Below, one piece after another: positions 24,936-36,626 of a stretch of DNA of 64,000 bases (the first letter of the stretch is position 1; each line of letters begins with the position of its first letter). The notes under the pieces were generated by a model, which saw nothing but the letters and a program-made list of their open reading frames with translations, made no database searches and was not told where the DNA came from. The position numbers and the translations under genes were made by a program. This stretch comes from Raja brachyura (Eukaryota), in contig OY740796.1 of the NCBI GenBank assembly GCA_963514005.1, forward strand, positions 43,152,001-43,216,000. Direction: 5' to 3'.

Positions 24936-26194
24936 AATTGACGTTGCCCATTTACTATAAATGTTGAGAAGTTTTGCAATAATTTTGCCAAAGCTCTTCT
25001 CAATCCATCCTTTTTTCATATTGTAGTCTCGTAAAATATTATTGAAATTAACAGGTGATGAAATATAATTCAACAAATTATAAGCAGTCCTCCATTGATT
25101 ATGTTGCACATATATTTAGACTTGCTAATATTACAAGCAAACTTGTTGCACGTGTCGACAGTTTACTGTAGATTTCCTAAACTGTGTACACATTTATAGT
25201 GTTTTGCTTTAATCAATTGCATAGTTAGAGCAATGAATGGTAGCAACAGTGAGAGAACTAGATTTCAAAAAGTAGAAATGATGAATGTAAAGAGAATATT
25301 ATGAGCTCAATCAATACAGGGTTTTTAAGCTGAGTGACGTATTGGGATACCAATATTCAAGTCCAATGCTGTTTGGTAAATTATAAATGTCTGTAATTAA
25401 AAAGCAGAGGCTGTTTCTATGAATGATTTAGTAAGTTATTTCATGTTTTGTCATGGCTGATTAACAACATTAAATTAACTTTTTCGTATTCCATTCTTTG
25501 ATTTTTTTTCCTCCCATTTAATGAGAAGGGCATCGTGCAAGCATTCTTGTCGATTAAACAGTTGCTAGTGTAGTGGGTCCCATCTATATGTGTCAACATA
25601 GGTGTGATAATAAATATTGGTGATTTTTTAAATATTAATCAAAAATAAATCATCAGTGTGGAAAATCCTCAGGTGGTCATTTTCACTCTCAGCTGAGAAA
25701 AACCCTTGCAGTAAAAATTCAAACAAAGAACAGGACAGCGCAGGAATAAGCCCTTCAGCCCACAATGTCTGTGCCGAACATGACGCCAGGTTAAACTATG
25801 CTCTTCTGTCTGCATACAATCAATATCGGAGCTTGGCAGAGTCTTGACTAGTACTGGTGTCAGGGATCGTGGGATGAAGGCAGCAGAATGAGGTTGAGAG
25901 GGAAAGATAGATCAGCCATGAGTGGATGGTCGAGTAAGCTTGATGGGCCGAAAGGCCTAATTCTGCTCCTCGAACTTATAAACATATGATATCCTCCGTT
26001 CCCTGCATATCTACGTGCCTGTCTTAAAGCCTTTTTAATGCCACTATTGTTCCTGCCTCCACCACCAGCCTTTCTAATGCATTCTACACACCAAACAATC
26101 TCTCACCCTGCAAATCTCCTTTGAAACTACACGTTTAACCTGCACAGATGTCCAGATATTCAACTGGAGCTACTCGGAATAACGTGCGGATTAG

Positions 26195-26627
26195 TAGTAG
26201 TAGTAGGCCCTCCTCAGTCATGACTGACCATGGGTGATGCATCCTAGTTTGTCGGATGCAAGCCTGGGCGATGTCATATGGAGGACAGGCTGTTGCCCAT
26301 GCAGCACGACCCCATCTCCACGTCGCTGATCAATCCAAAGTAACAGCAGGGCCGTTACACTTTGGCACCAGCGCCGTCGCAGGAGCTGCCAGAGCGAGGT
26401 TGTAGACAACGACGAACTGCCTTAGGGACTCTGGATTTTCTTGAGGTTTACTCCTGGAGCCTTTTCCATGACTGGATACGGCCACAAGGCAGTGGGGGTT
26501 TTAAATCAGAGTTTTCCGTCTCCTAGATGGACTGCATTCCCAGGCTGACAAGCCCCATCTGCCCGAGACTCGTGGGGACGGGAGCGTCTACCTTCCCGTG
26601 CAGGTCTATAGCACCTGCCCACTGCCT
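26195..26627 (-). mobile_element. RTE-like non-autonomous retroposon with (CTA)n tail
   Basis: 16-bp TSD ATAA(C/A)GTGCGGATTAG (26179-26194, 26628-26643); minus-strand 3' end GACTGAGGAGGGCCTACTACTACTACTA. Confidence 0.7.
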
Positions 26628-26849
26628 ATAAAGTGCGGATTAGATCAACTTTACAAGGAAGGTCATCTCAGTTTCCAGTATTAATTTATCCCAATTAGGT
26701 GCAATGGCTTTTTGGTACAAAAAGAAACAATTAGCAATAATATAACGATGATAGACACAAAATGCTGGAGTAACTCAGTGGGACAGGCAACATCCCTGGA
26801 GGGAAGGAATTGGTGACATTTTGGGTCGAGAACCTTCTTCTTACCAATA

Positions 26850-27165
26850 GTTTAGTTTAATTTAGATATACAGTGCAGAAACAGGCCCTTTGGCCCATCC
26901 AGTCCGCCCAGACCAGCGATCCCCACACGTTAACACTGCCCCCCACACACACACTATGGACAGTTTACATTCATACCAAGCCAATTAACCTACAAACCTG
27001 TACATCATTGGAGTATGGGAGGAAACCGAACATCTCGGAGCAAATTCACACGGTCACGGGGAGAACGTGCAAACTCCGTGCAGGCAGCACCCATAGTCGG
27101 GATCAAACCTGCGGCTCTGGCGCTGAAAGCGCTTTAAGGCAGCAACTCTGCCGCTGCGCCACTGT
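26850..27165 (-). mobile_element. HE1-like V-SINE ending ~80 nt upstream of a FOXP1 acceptor
   Basis: Full reverse-complement consensus. Confidence 0.87.
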
Positions 27166-27247
27166 GAGCGCCCACAACAAATGTGTAACGCGATGTTATA
27201 TTTGTCCTCTAATCTCGAGCCTACAAATTGTTTTTATTTCATTTTAG

Positions 27248-27404
27248 CAACAGCAACCACTGGCATCCCACCACTTAGCCCTTCAGCAGCAGCTTCTACA
27301 GGTGCAGCAGCTACAGCAACAGCATATCATGACAATGCAGCGACATGGCTTGCTTCCATTACAGTCTGGACAGCCGGCTCTCTCTCTGCAGACGTTGGCA
27401 CAAG
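27248..27404 (+). CDS. FOXP1: FOXP1-like exon (QQQPLASHHLALQQQLLQVQQLQQQHIMTMQRHGLLPLQSGQPALSLQTLAQ-G)
   Basis: TTTTAG acceptor, AAG|GTAAGT donor, 157 nt, phase 0-1; resembles FOXP1 [42 protein letters not shown]. Confidence 0.92.
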
Positions 27405-29387
27405 GTAAGTGTCAGGCCTGGAGACAGGCCCTTTTAAAACAGCCTTCCCGACTTGGGCTCTGCAAATGGGAGCCACAAAGCTGCAGCAGTTAAGTTGTTC
27501 AGGAGAGGGCAATTGAGCAGTGACAGGGTACACCAGCGTATAATATGAAAGCTATGAATGTGACGATGCGTGAAGTGTAATCTGTACAGCAACACATCAG
27601 GGACGCCCTTAGGTAATTCAACAGCCATGTCATTGATTGATTTGAATAGTTGTATGTTATAGCTAGCTGTTCCTGTGGTGTTTAAGGAGCATGTTTAAAG
27701 CCTAAGGGTGTCTATCTGCAAGCCATTGACCAAAGAACCCACAGAGAGTGGCTTCAGAGGTATAGTTCTAGTGGTGCAGTAAACTAATAGTAGTGACATT
27801 TGTCCCAGTGGAACGCAGGTTCTTTGGAAAGCAACTGAGAGTTTGGGCAGGCAGAAATACAAAGCAATTTTTTATCACTGTGATAATAGTCCAAAACTGA
27901 TGTCATTATGAACCTTAAATCAACTTTATGCTTGCTTGAACATAGCCACCTGGGTATAGAGGTACAAGGACGAAAAAGGTTGAGCAACTATGTTTGTCTT
28001 TCAGCCAGTACTACCTGGGATTGGGAAATTGAGTTCTATGAGCAGTAATCAATCATGTTTTTCAACAACATACATTTTTCAAAGTAGTGTCCATTTTTTT
28101 ATAATGAGGAACAGTAGGAAATGTGTTTAAAATTAAATGAATAAATCTAGGATAAAATCCATCACAGAGGATCCTTTCATGCTAATCTGATTAAAGATAA
28201 AGTGTGACAATCTACTTTCCTTTGACACAAAAGCATGTCATGAGTGAGCGGGCCTATTCACTTCTGTTTTAGCCATGCAAATAGTGGCGTTAAGGTCAAT
28301 TTTGCCTGTAATTGTTACCTCACTGGCAATCCTGTTCGGTGCATCTGCAAGAAATGAATATTTCTGGCACTATCATCTTTTGGAAATGAAAGCTCGGTGT
28401 GGAGAAGTAGGAACATCTGTGTTGTGACCTTCTTCCTGCTTGATTTCCTAGTTGTTACCGCTCAGCGAAAAACTGACAAGGTTGTTCTACTGTCCTGTTA
28501 TAATTTACTATTCTTTGATATGCAAACTATCTGCCCAGAACATGTAAAAATCCTATCAGTCTCATTTCACACTTCTTAACCACTTAGACTCTCTGGAGTC
28601 GATTGCCTTATTAGATCTACACTCTCCAATGTTACTGTAATTAAAATTTTTAGCAGTAGTTTAGTAAAGATATTTTGGCTGATCATTTTCAGATTATTAT
28701 CCAATCCTTGCACCTAAAATGGAAGTAATAAATTAGATTCTGACCGAGTATTCTCACTGATCTAAAGTGCTTGAATATTTAATTGTGATTTGTAATTAAA
28801 ATATAGTTAGAACCACAGGATTTTTGCTTTCCGCTTTCAACTTTCCACATTGGTTTTTGAATGAAATAAAATTTTAATGATAAAGACAGGTGATTAAAAA
28901 ATAATTACTGACATAATATTCTAATTTTGTGGCAAAATTATAAAAGGCCTTTGAATATGGCGCAAATGAACTGGTTACATTTACAGCACATTATTTTCAA
29001 TTATGCATTTTATATTTAAAATGAATGCATTTGCCATTAATGTATTTCAAAATATCTACAATGGTGAGTTTAAGTGCTCTGCTTTCAAAAGAAGGGTGAA
29101 TATGGAGAGCAGTTGTTATGTTGCAATCTGTGGTAAAATGAATAGATCAATTATTGCAAACATCTGAAGAATTTACTTTTAATTATCAATGCTAACCAAA
29201 CATCCAGTGGGTTGCACTCTGTCATGTTAGACGTATTGCAATGCCGAGGAATATAGTTAAGAATTGTCTAATTAACATTAGACCTTGTTTACATACACTT
29301 TGGTTTTTTAATTAGTATGTGCAGAAGGATCAGTCTACTGTTCATAGATCTAATTATGCAATACGGGGCCATTACTGTTTGACACAG

Positions 29388-29583
29388 GCATGACTCCAAC
29401 AGAACTGCAGCAGCTCTGGAAAGAAGTGACTGGAGCTCACACGATGGAAGAAAGTGTAACCAAAAATGGCAGTCTCGACCTTTCCACGAGCTCAATCTGT
29501 TCTCCTGCGGCACCACCTAAGACCTCACTACCAGCAACACTGATGAACGGACAGTCTACGGGTCACACTCCAAAAAGGGAATG
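29388..29583 (+). CDS. FOXP1: FOXP1-like exon ([23 protein letters not shown]...[12 protein letters not shown])
   Basis: CACAG acceptor, TG|GTAGGC donor, 196 nt, phase 1-2; resembles FOXP1 [15 protein letters not shown]...HTPKRE. Confidence 0.92.
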
Positions 29584-32500
29584 GTAGGCATTAATCGGAC
29601 ATTATTTAGCGTCCACCACTGATCCAACTAATTTGTTTTTATCTTATGTCCTTTTATAGCCCTCACTTGTCTGACTGGTGATATGGCCGGCCATTTATCA
29701 CAGCCTATTATGTGTAACGATGCCTGATTATCCTTCTAGCATTTCTTTTTTTTAAACATGAAAAATTGTGCTCTCTGAAGAATTGTGTGGGTAAGTAGCC
29801 ATGCAATGTTAATGGGATTCTGCACAACATAATGTTCGGGACAAAGAGTGCACGGTTTTGTTGCTATTCTGTTTTCTAGGAGAACGTTCCATCGCATTAA
29901 CATGGCTTCCACCACCACTGTGACTTTCACTGATATCATATTTTCAAGAATATACCTTGGGTTGGAAAATGTTTCACAGAGATTTAATGACAGATTTTTG
30001 AGCGCTTGAATAACTGCCCTAACAAAGATTCAAAATTCAGATAAGACAAATTGCAATATCTTCTTGCTCAGTAGGCTTTACATACTTTCAGTTGAAGAAC
30101 CCATGTTATAAACCTGCAAATAACTGATGTCTTAATACATCATCAGTTCCTTAGGATATCTCAAAGTGCATTGCAACTGGTGGATCCTCTTGGTTAAGTG
30201 GACGTGTCATATCGACAAACAAAGTTGCCAATTTGCTCATAGCAAAGTCCCACAAATTACTAATGAATAAATGATTAAATTAAACACATTGTTTGGTGGT
30301 GGATTTGAGAGAGTGTTGCCCAAGACAATGAAGAAAACTCACTACTTCACATCAAATAATGATAACAGATGTTTTATATCTGCCTTTGAAGATACGCAGT
30401 ATATCAGTTTCTTACTCAAGAGGATAAGAACTTGCAAATATTCTGCAGTCTGATGAAGGGAATTGATCCGTTCCTGAACATACCAAAACATCGCCAATCC
30501 ACAAAAGCTGCCTAACCCGCTGAGTTCCTCCAGCACTTTGTGTTTTGTTCAAGATTTCAGTAACTGAGGTTCCCTTTGTCTCCATACTGCAACCTCGCTC
30601 TTTTGGTGACTTAATGTTGAATTAGGTTAAAAAACAAATGGCCAGAATTTAAAAGTCACCTATTTTCCATGTTAGACACTAGGCTCACAACCAGCTAATG
30701 AACACACAATCACAAAGTTTAAGAAACATTTAGACAGGTGCATGGGTCGGACAGGTCTAATGAGATATGGGCCAAACGCAGGCAGGTGGGACTAATATGG
30801 GACATGTTAGTCGGTGTGGGTATGTTGGGCCGAAAGACCTGTTTCCATGCTCTATGACTCTATTCAGCTTAAGGAATCACTGTTAGAAGACCATGAGACC
30901 AAAATGCTACATGAGCCTTTTCACAACACAGGCCTTCCCTGTACACACTGTACCCTGCGGAATGCACGCAGAAACACATCTACCTATGGTGGGGCAGAGA
31001 GGAATTTTGGGGGAAAGATGTCTGGGTTTGGGATGGGAATCTAAAAGGGGTCATTGCCATACAATCAGTGCAGAGATCAGGGTGAAGTTGGCAGCCAGGG
31101 ACCACTTTAAACTGAGAAAATCAGGGTAAATAAGCACAACTTTCATTCAGATGGTGTGGACTGAAATACACCATCTGGTGAATCTCCTCTGTACCCTCTC
31201 CAGCACTAGCCTGTAGTGTCCTGGACTGCATGCAGTGCTCCAGCTGAGTTTTGGTAACCTCCTCGCTCTTGTATTCAATCCCCCAACTGATGAATACCTG
31301 TATCTCTTATGCCTTTTTAACCACAGGATCCACATGCACAAACTGGCCAGCAATCTCCTTTTTTAAATTTTATTTTGTCCATCTTGTGTAGTCATTGCAT
31401 TCACAACCTCTCAGTTTGCTGAATCAATCTACTTTCAGAAAAATAAAATGAGACTCAGCTCTCTAATTAGCTTTTATCTTTGCAATAAAGAAGTTCTGTG
31501 CTCACGAAGTTAGGTTCAAAAGAATCCCTTTCGTTGTCAAGAAGGGGTTAAATCGTGCAGAGATGAAGTGCAATGCTGGATGTGTTTTCCGTGCTCTTTG
31601 TACATAATCGGTGCATGTTCACCATTTGCTCGAGGTGATTAAATTACAGCCTTGTCCATAAGTGGTACACAAATATACCTGAGGAAGGGTGCCCACAGAT
31701 GCATTTAGGGCTTCAGTTGCAGTCTTTACAGGCGTGATGGTGCCTGACCAGATTTCACATGACACATGAAACTTTCCACATCCCGCTCATAGTGCTTCCT
31801 TCCATTATAAATGAAGATGATTCCATGGCCTAAAACGCCGTCAATGGGCAGACTGCTTTTTGCCACCACGATTGAGGGCAACTTTCTAAAGACTCTTAAA
31901 GATATCATTGACACATGATTTGAAGACATGTTGACGTAAAAAAAAAAAAAAAAAATCTGAATAGAAAGGGTGAACCTGTTCCATATTCCATCCAACATCC
32001 ATCAGCAGCAGCTCTGGGCTTTGGGATAATGGCAATCTGTTAAGGAGATAAATAATCTAATTTGGCACAACACTCCTACTCTCCCCTTTAATTTGTCTTG
32101 CACAAGGAAAAACCCTAATTAAATAATTTAGGGTAAAGCCCTTGAGAACTTGGAAGGAACAATACCAGTTTTGACGTACATTGCTGGTAAAGACCAAATA
32201 TCCGTATTGTGGTATGATGATATTTACCCACTAATTTTATTAAGCAACGAAAAACAGGGGGAGAAGGATTAGCATTTCTGCATCGTTTATGCAGTAAATG
32301 GTTGTTGTTCAATTCATTTACCTTTAAGAATGGGTAATTAAATGACTGGTTGATATTTTGTTTAAAGGCACCAGTGAAGCTGAAAACACATTACATTAAC
32401 ATTTTAGTTTTTGTTTCAAATATTGTGTACAACAGTTTTTATTATTATCATCATAGTTTTAGAGAAGAAACAACACGTTGAAGATATTCTGTCGAGCATA

Positions 32501-34940
32501 CCAGAATGGCACTGGTGGGTGATTTTACAGTATATTACTATTGACTGAACAAAGCTGCTGGATGATTAAAACAGCTGTTGAAATAAGAATAGTGAATAGA
32601 GAAATGTACACATGTTATATGACTAGTAGGAGCAGGGTAGGCAATAGCACAAGATAAAATGATGTAGAATTGAAATGGATCTTCGACATTTATTTCTCAA
32701 AGGTTCAATATCACCGTTCTACAATGCATATCTATCATTAGTGTTGGGGATGATTACAATTAGTGTAGCCCACCTTTATTGCTTTCCTAAAATTGTCACA
32801 TTTCAAAATTTTGCATGGTATCGGTAAATGTCCATGAAGCGTGTTTCATTTTTCCCCCCATTTTTGTCATTTTGATTGTTTTGCATATTTGATGTAAGTC
32901 ATTTTAAAAAATTGAATTGGAAATCATTTTAATAATCAAGGATTGATAAATATTCACCCCTTCTTGATCGTCCTATGAAAGAGGTTCTGTTTACTCCTCT
33001 CTTGCGCTTTTTGTGTGTGTCTGTAAATATTTTGTATACAAGCATCTCTCCAATACATCAAAGATCACTTCAAGAATGCTAAATGATTTTCCTATTTGTA
33101 CCATTTTTATTTGTTAGGCAAAATATCGCATAATAGCTGCCTGCTTGCAGATCTATTTACTAAATCATAATATGTGTTCTTAATGTATAATTGTCATTTT
33201 ATAAATGCTTCTTCTGAAAAAGTATGGTTGACTACTTTTGTGAATGCTTCAGCAGTTTTTGATTGCACTGCAGTTACAACTTGTTATGCAATATATCTAA
33301 AACTAATTATATATTTTGTAGAAAGGCTGCTACAACACCTTCAATTAAATACTACTGGTGCAGCTTTATCTGCATCCTGAATGTATTTTGTTTTGTCAGA
33401 ATAACGCAGTTTCAGTTGAAAAATCGAAATAAATGTTCCGTAGCTGGAGTCAGCCCAGTCTTTGTGTGCTTTTGACCTAGTTGAATTTGTGAAATATGTT
33501 CTTGAGACCATGATGGCCAGTTCAGTCTATCAAAGAGATTTGATAGCACAGGTGGTGCTAATATAGGACAGACCCCTAGGCACTTGTAGACCAAAGTTGT
33601 ACAGATTGTAAGCTGTCTGAGTCCATATGGCAGTCTGTCCCACTCTGTAAAGGGCACTGGATTTGTGCCTGCAGGTGGATTGGTCAGTGCATTAGATGCA
33701 CAATTATTAACCATTATCACCGTGTTCTGAATTAACAGTATTTATGTTTTGCAGTTTGCTTTACTTGATATTTATTTCCTTTTCCGTGTTTAGATCCAAT
33801 TTGTCTTTTGTTCATTTCTTGATACCCACAATTTTCTAACATCACAATTTTCTATATAAAGGCTCATTATTTTAATTTTCCAAGTAATGCAAGCTTCCAA
33901 ATTAAATCTGTTAATGCTCTTGTAAAATGTACACAGCCACTGAGGAAAAAATGATTTTTTTTCCCTTCTTTGTCTTTATTTATTTCAACCAAATTATAAT
34001 TTCAAATTGGCAAACATTCCATTTCCATTAGTTGAGAATTGATAAACATCTGCCGTCATTTGAATCTACAGAAACAAGTTATTTGGTCCAGTGGTTTCAA
34101 TCCAGTATTTCCCATTCATTCTTTATTTATATTTTACTATATTTTAAATCATACTGTCAGGTGAAAGTAAAGGTTACTGTACAATTATCTTTGTGCCTTT
34201 GTTATGATTGTCATTTCTGAGTAAATTAAACGAAGGGATTCAATGGCTAATAGACATTTTGAGGTGAATTTCACCCTGTCTCACAAGGTTGTTGGATGTT
34301 ATGGATCATGGAAGTGTAGCACTTTATTGCCGCAGAGCACTATGATGTCTTTTTCCGTTGATAGTTAATGCATCTCCTGTTACGGTTTCATTGTTTTTTT
34401 TATTTCTTATTCCCAGCATCTGTACAGTTGCAGTCTTTTTTTTTTCTTCCAATTTCACTCCTAAAGATATGTCTTGGACCTCTTTTTTCCCCCTCCATAT
34501 GTCTCTGCAAAAAGTAGTAATGGGGGTTCAAGGAGAAATTTCAGACCACTCAGCTGATGATTAAGCTTTCTGTCATCCTTTTATATCCCACGTTCACATT
34601 AACCCTTTCACTTTCTATTTCCATTGTGAAACACTTCTTGGCCTTTTAATGTTAAAGCTACTGCATATGTGTAAGTTAGTATTCTTGTCCTGCCATTATT
34701 TCTGCTGAGATGTTGCTAATTCTATGTTCTATGCCTTCTATGCTGTTGTTGCCTCTTCCCCTTACCAGCTGAGTCAGGGTAAACATTTCCATCTGCAATT
34801 ATGATGCAAGGGGCAGAGGTTTAATTAACCAATGGTGCAGAATAATTTGCAATGTACTTTGTTAGTCATCAAGGTTTCGCAGTGTTTGCATATTTTCAGA
34901 AAATGTGCTTGTTTTCCTTTAGTTTTGTATATGTGGTCTG

Positions 34941-35082
34941 GGCAGTGGGCAGGTGCTATAGGCCTGCACGGGAAGGTAGACGCTCACGCCCCCACGAGTC
35001 TCGGGCATTTGGGGCTCGTCAGCATGGGAAGGCGGTCTATCTAGGAGTGGGTCAGTCATAACTGAGGGGGGGGGGGGCTACT
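34941..35082 (+). mobile_element. Internally deleted ~140-bp copy of the 26195-26627 element
   Basis: Same 5' ~105 nt (GGCAGTGGGCAGGTGCTATAG...) fused to the same 3' end (GTCAGTCATAACTGAGG..CTACT); flanking repeat ATATGTGGT. Confidence 0.75.
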
Positions 35083-35484
35083 GGGATATGTGGTACAGTA
35101 GTAAAATCATTACTATATAGACCTGTCAATGTGCATTACTATAAACCACCCTGGTGAAGATCCCACCTCCAAACTGACCCAGAGAGTGCATCTGGTGACA
35201 GCGTCTGATGGTGGCTCTGAGTGTCAGATTGAGTGGCACATCTGTATGCCTTCACCTTCACCATGTTGTTGTTGCTTACTTGCTATCAGGGTGGGTCCCA
35301 CTATGTGGGCAGCTGAAAGGAGAAATACACAAAGGCAGGTTGAAGTGAGGGCGGAGAGGAAAGTAAAACGTACTATTTTACACCATTTGTAGACATGTCG
35401 GGGATTATTGTTATGTAGGTTTTCTTGTGTTTCATATTTCCCAATGACATAGAATTGAGTGACCAAATCACCCCCTTTGATTTC

Positions 35485-35783
35485 AGTTTAGAGTTTAGTT
35501 TAGAGATACAACCTGGAAACAGGCCCTTCAGCCCACCAGGTCCGCACTGACCAACGATCACCCGTATACTAGTTCTATCCTACACTCTAGGGACAATTTA
35601 CAGAAGCCAATTAACCTACAAAGCTGCACATCTTTGGAGTGTGGGAGGAAACCGGAGCATTCGGGGAAAAGCCACACGGTCACAGGGAGAATGTACAAAC
35701 TCTGTGCAGACAGCATCCGTAGTCAGGATCAAACCCGGATCCCGGGCGCTGTAAAGTAGCAAGTCTACCGCTGCGCCACTGTG
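35485..35783 (-). mobile_element. HE1-like V-SINE
   Basis: Full reverse-complement consensus. Confidence 0.87.
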
Positions 35784-35991
35784 ATACCTTCTGACTTAGA
35801 TCCTGACTTTTGGGGCAATACCATGCCCCCACTTATTTTCCCTCTGACCTCATCACCCACTCATTCCCACGTTAGAATCTTCTACCAGCCAGCTGAACTA
35901 AGGGTGGTTTACAGTGGCCAATTGTTGGTCAGTGTGGGCAAGATGGGCCGAAGGGCCTGCTTTCATGCTGTATGACACTGATTGTACACTG

Positions 35992-36163
35992 GGGTACACA
36001 AAAGGCTGGAGAAACTCAGCAGGTGCAGCAGCATCTAAGGAGCGAAGGAGATGGGCGTCGTTTCGGGTCGAGACCCTTCTTCAGATAGATGCTGCTGCAC
36101 CCGCTGAGTTTCTCCAGCCTTTTGTGTACCCTCGATTCTCCAGCATCTGCAGTTCCTTCTTTA
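35992..36163. mobile_element. Palindromic Penelope-derived element with perfect 17-bp TSD
   Basis: ACACTGATTGTACACTG at 35975-35991 and 36164-36180; minus-strand CTGAAGAAGGGTCTCGACCCGAAAC. Confidence 0.88.
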
Positions 36164-36347
36164 ACACTGATTGTACACTGTTTGGCTGAAGTGAATTAAT
36201 TCTTGTCATATGTGCTTGCTGCGCAATGGAATAGTGTACTTCTCTATTAAGAGGAGCCAGCTAACTTTAAGCAAGTTAGTGCACGCTAATTGGAAGGGTT
36301 GCCAGCCAGTCATGCTGAAGCAATCAATGTCACATATGCAGAGTACC

Positions 36348-36626
36348 AGTGTAGAGTTGCTGCCTTACAGTGCCAGAGACCCGGGTGGTGTCTGTGCGGA
36401 GTTTGTACGTTCTCCCCGTGACCGCGTGGATTTTTCCCGGGTGTTCCGGTTTCCTCCCACACTCCAAAGACATACAGGTTTGTAGAAATTGTGGCTTCGT
36501 GGCTTCGGTAAAAATTGTGAATTGCCCTTAGTGTGTAGGATAGTGTTAGTGTACGAGGTGATCGATGGTCAGTGCAAACGCGGTGGGCCGAGGGGCCTGT
36601 TTCCACGTTGTACCTCAAAACTAAAC
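36348..36626 (+). mobile_element. HE1-like V-SINE
   Basis: GTAGAGTTGCTGCCTTACAG head, V-domain, tail. Confidence 0.85.

Noticed and set aside
24936-24956. Flanking TGGGCAA as a substitute P1 strand for the HDV-like core
   Set aside because: Only 4 of 7 positions pair with CCGCCCT and the G1-U wobble is missing.
26480-26627. HDV-like ribozyme at the 5' end of the RTE-like element
   Set aside because: A P1-like pairing exists, but no P3/L3 or CGAA-type J4/2 with matching P2 could be placed.
3519-29292. Scattered GTAAACA/TGTTTAC forkhead motifs as autoregulatory sites
   Set aside because: A few 7-mers are expected by chance in AT-rich sequence of this length, and no clustering was seen.
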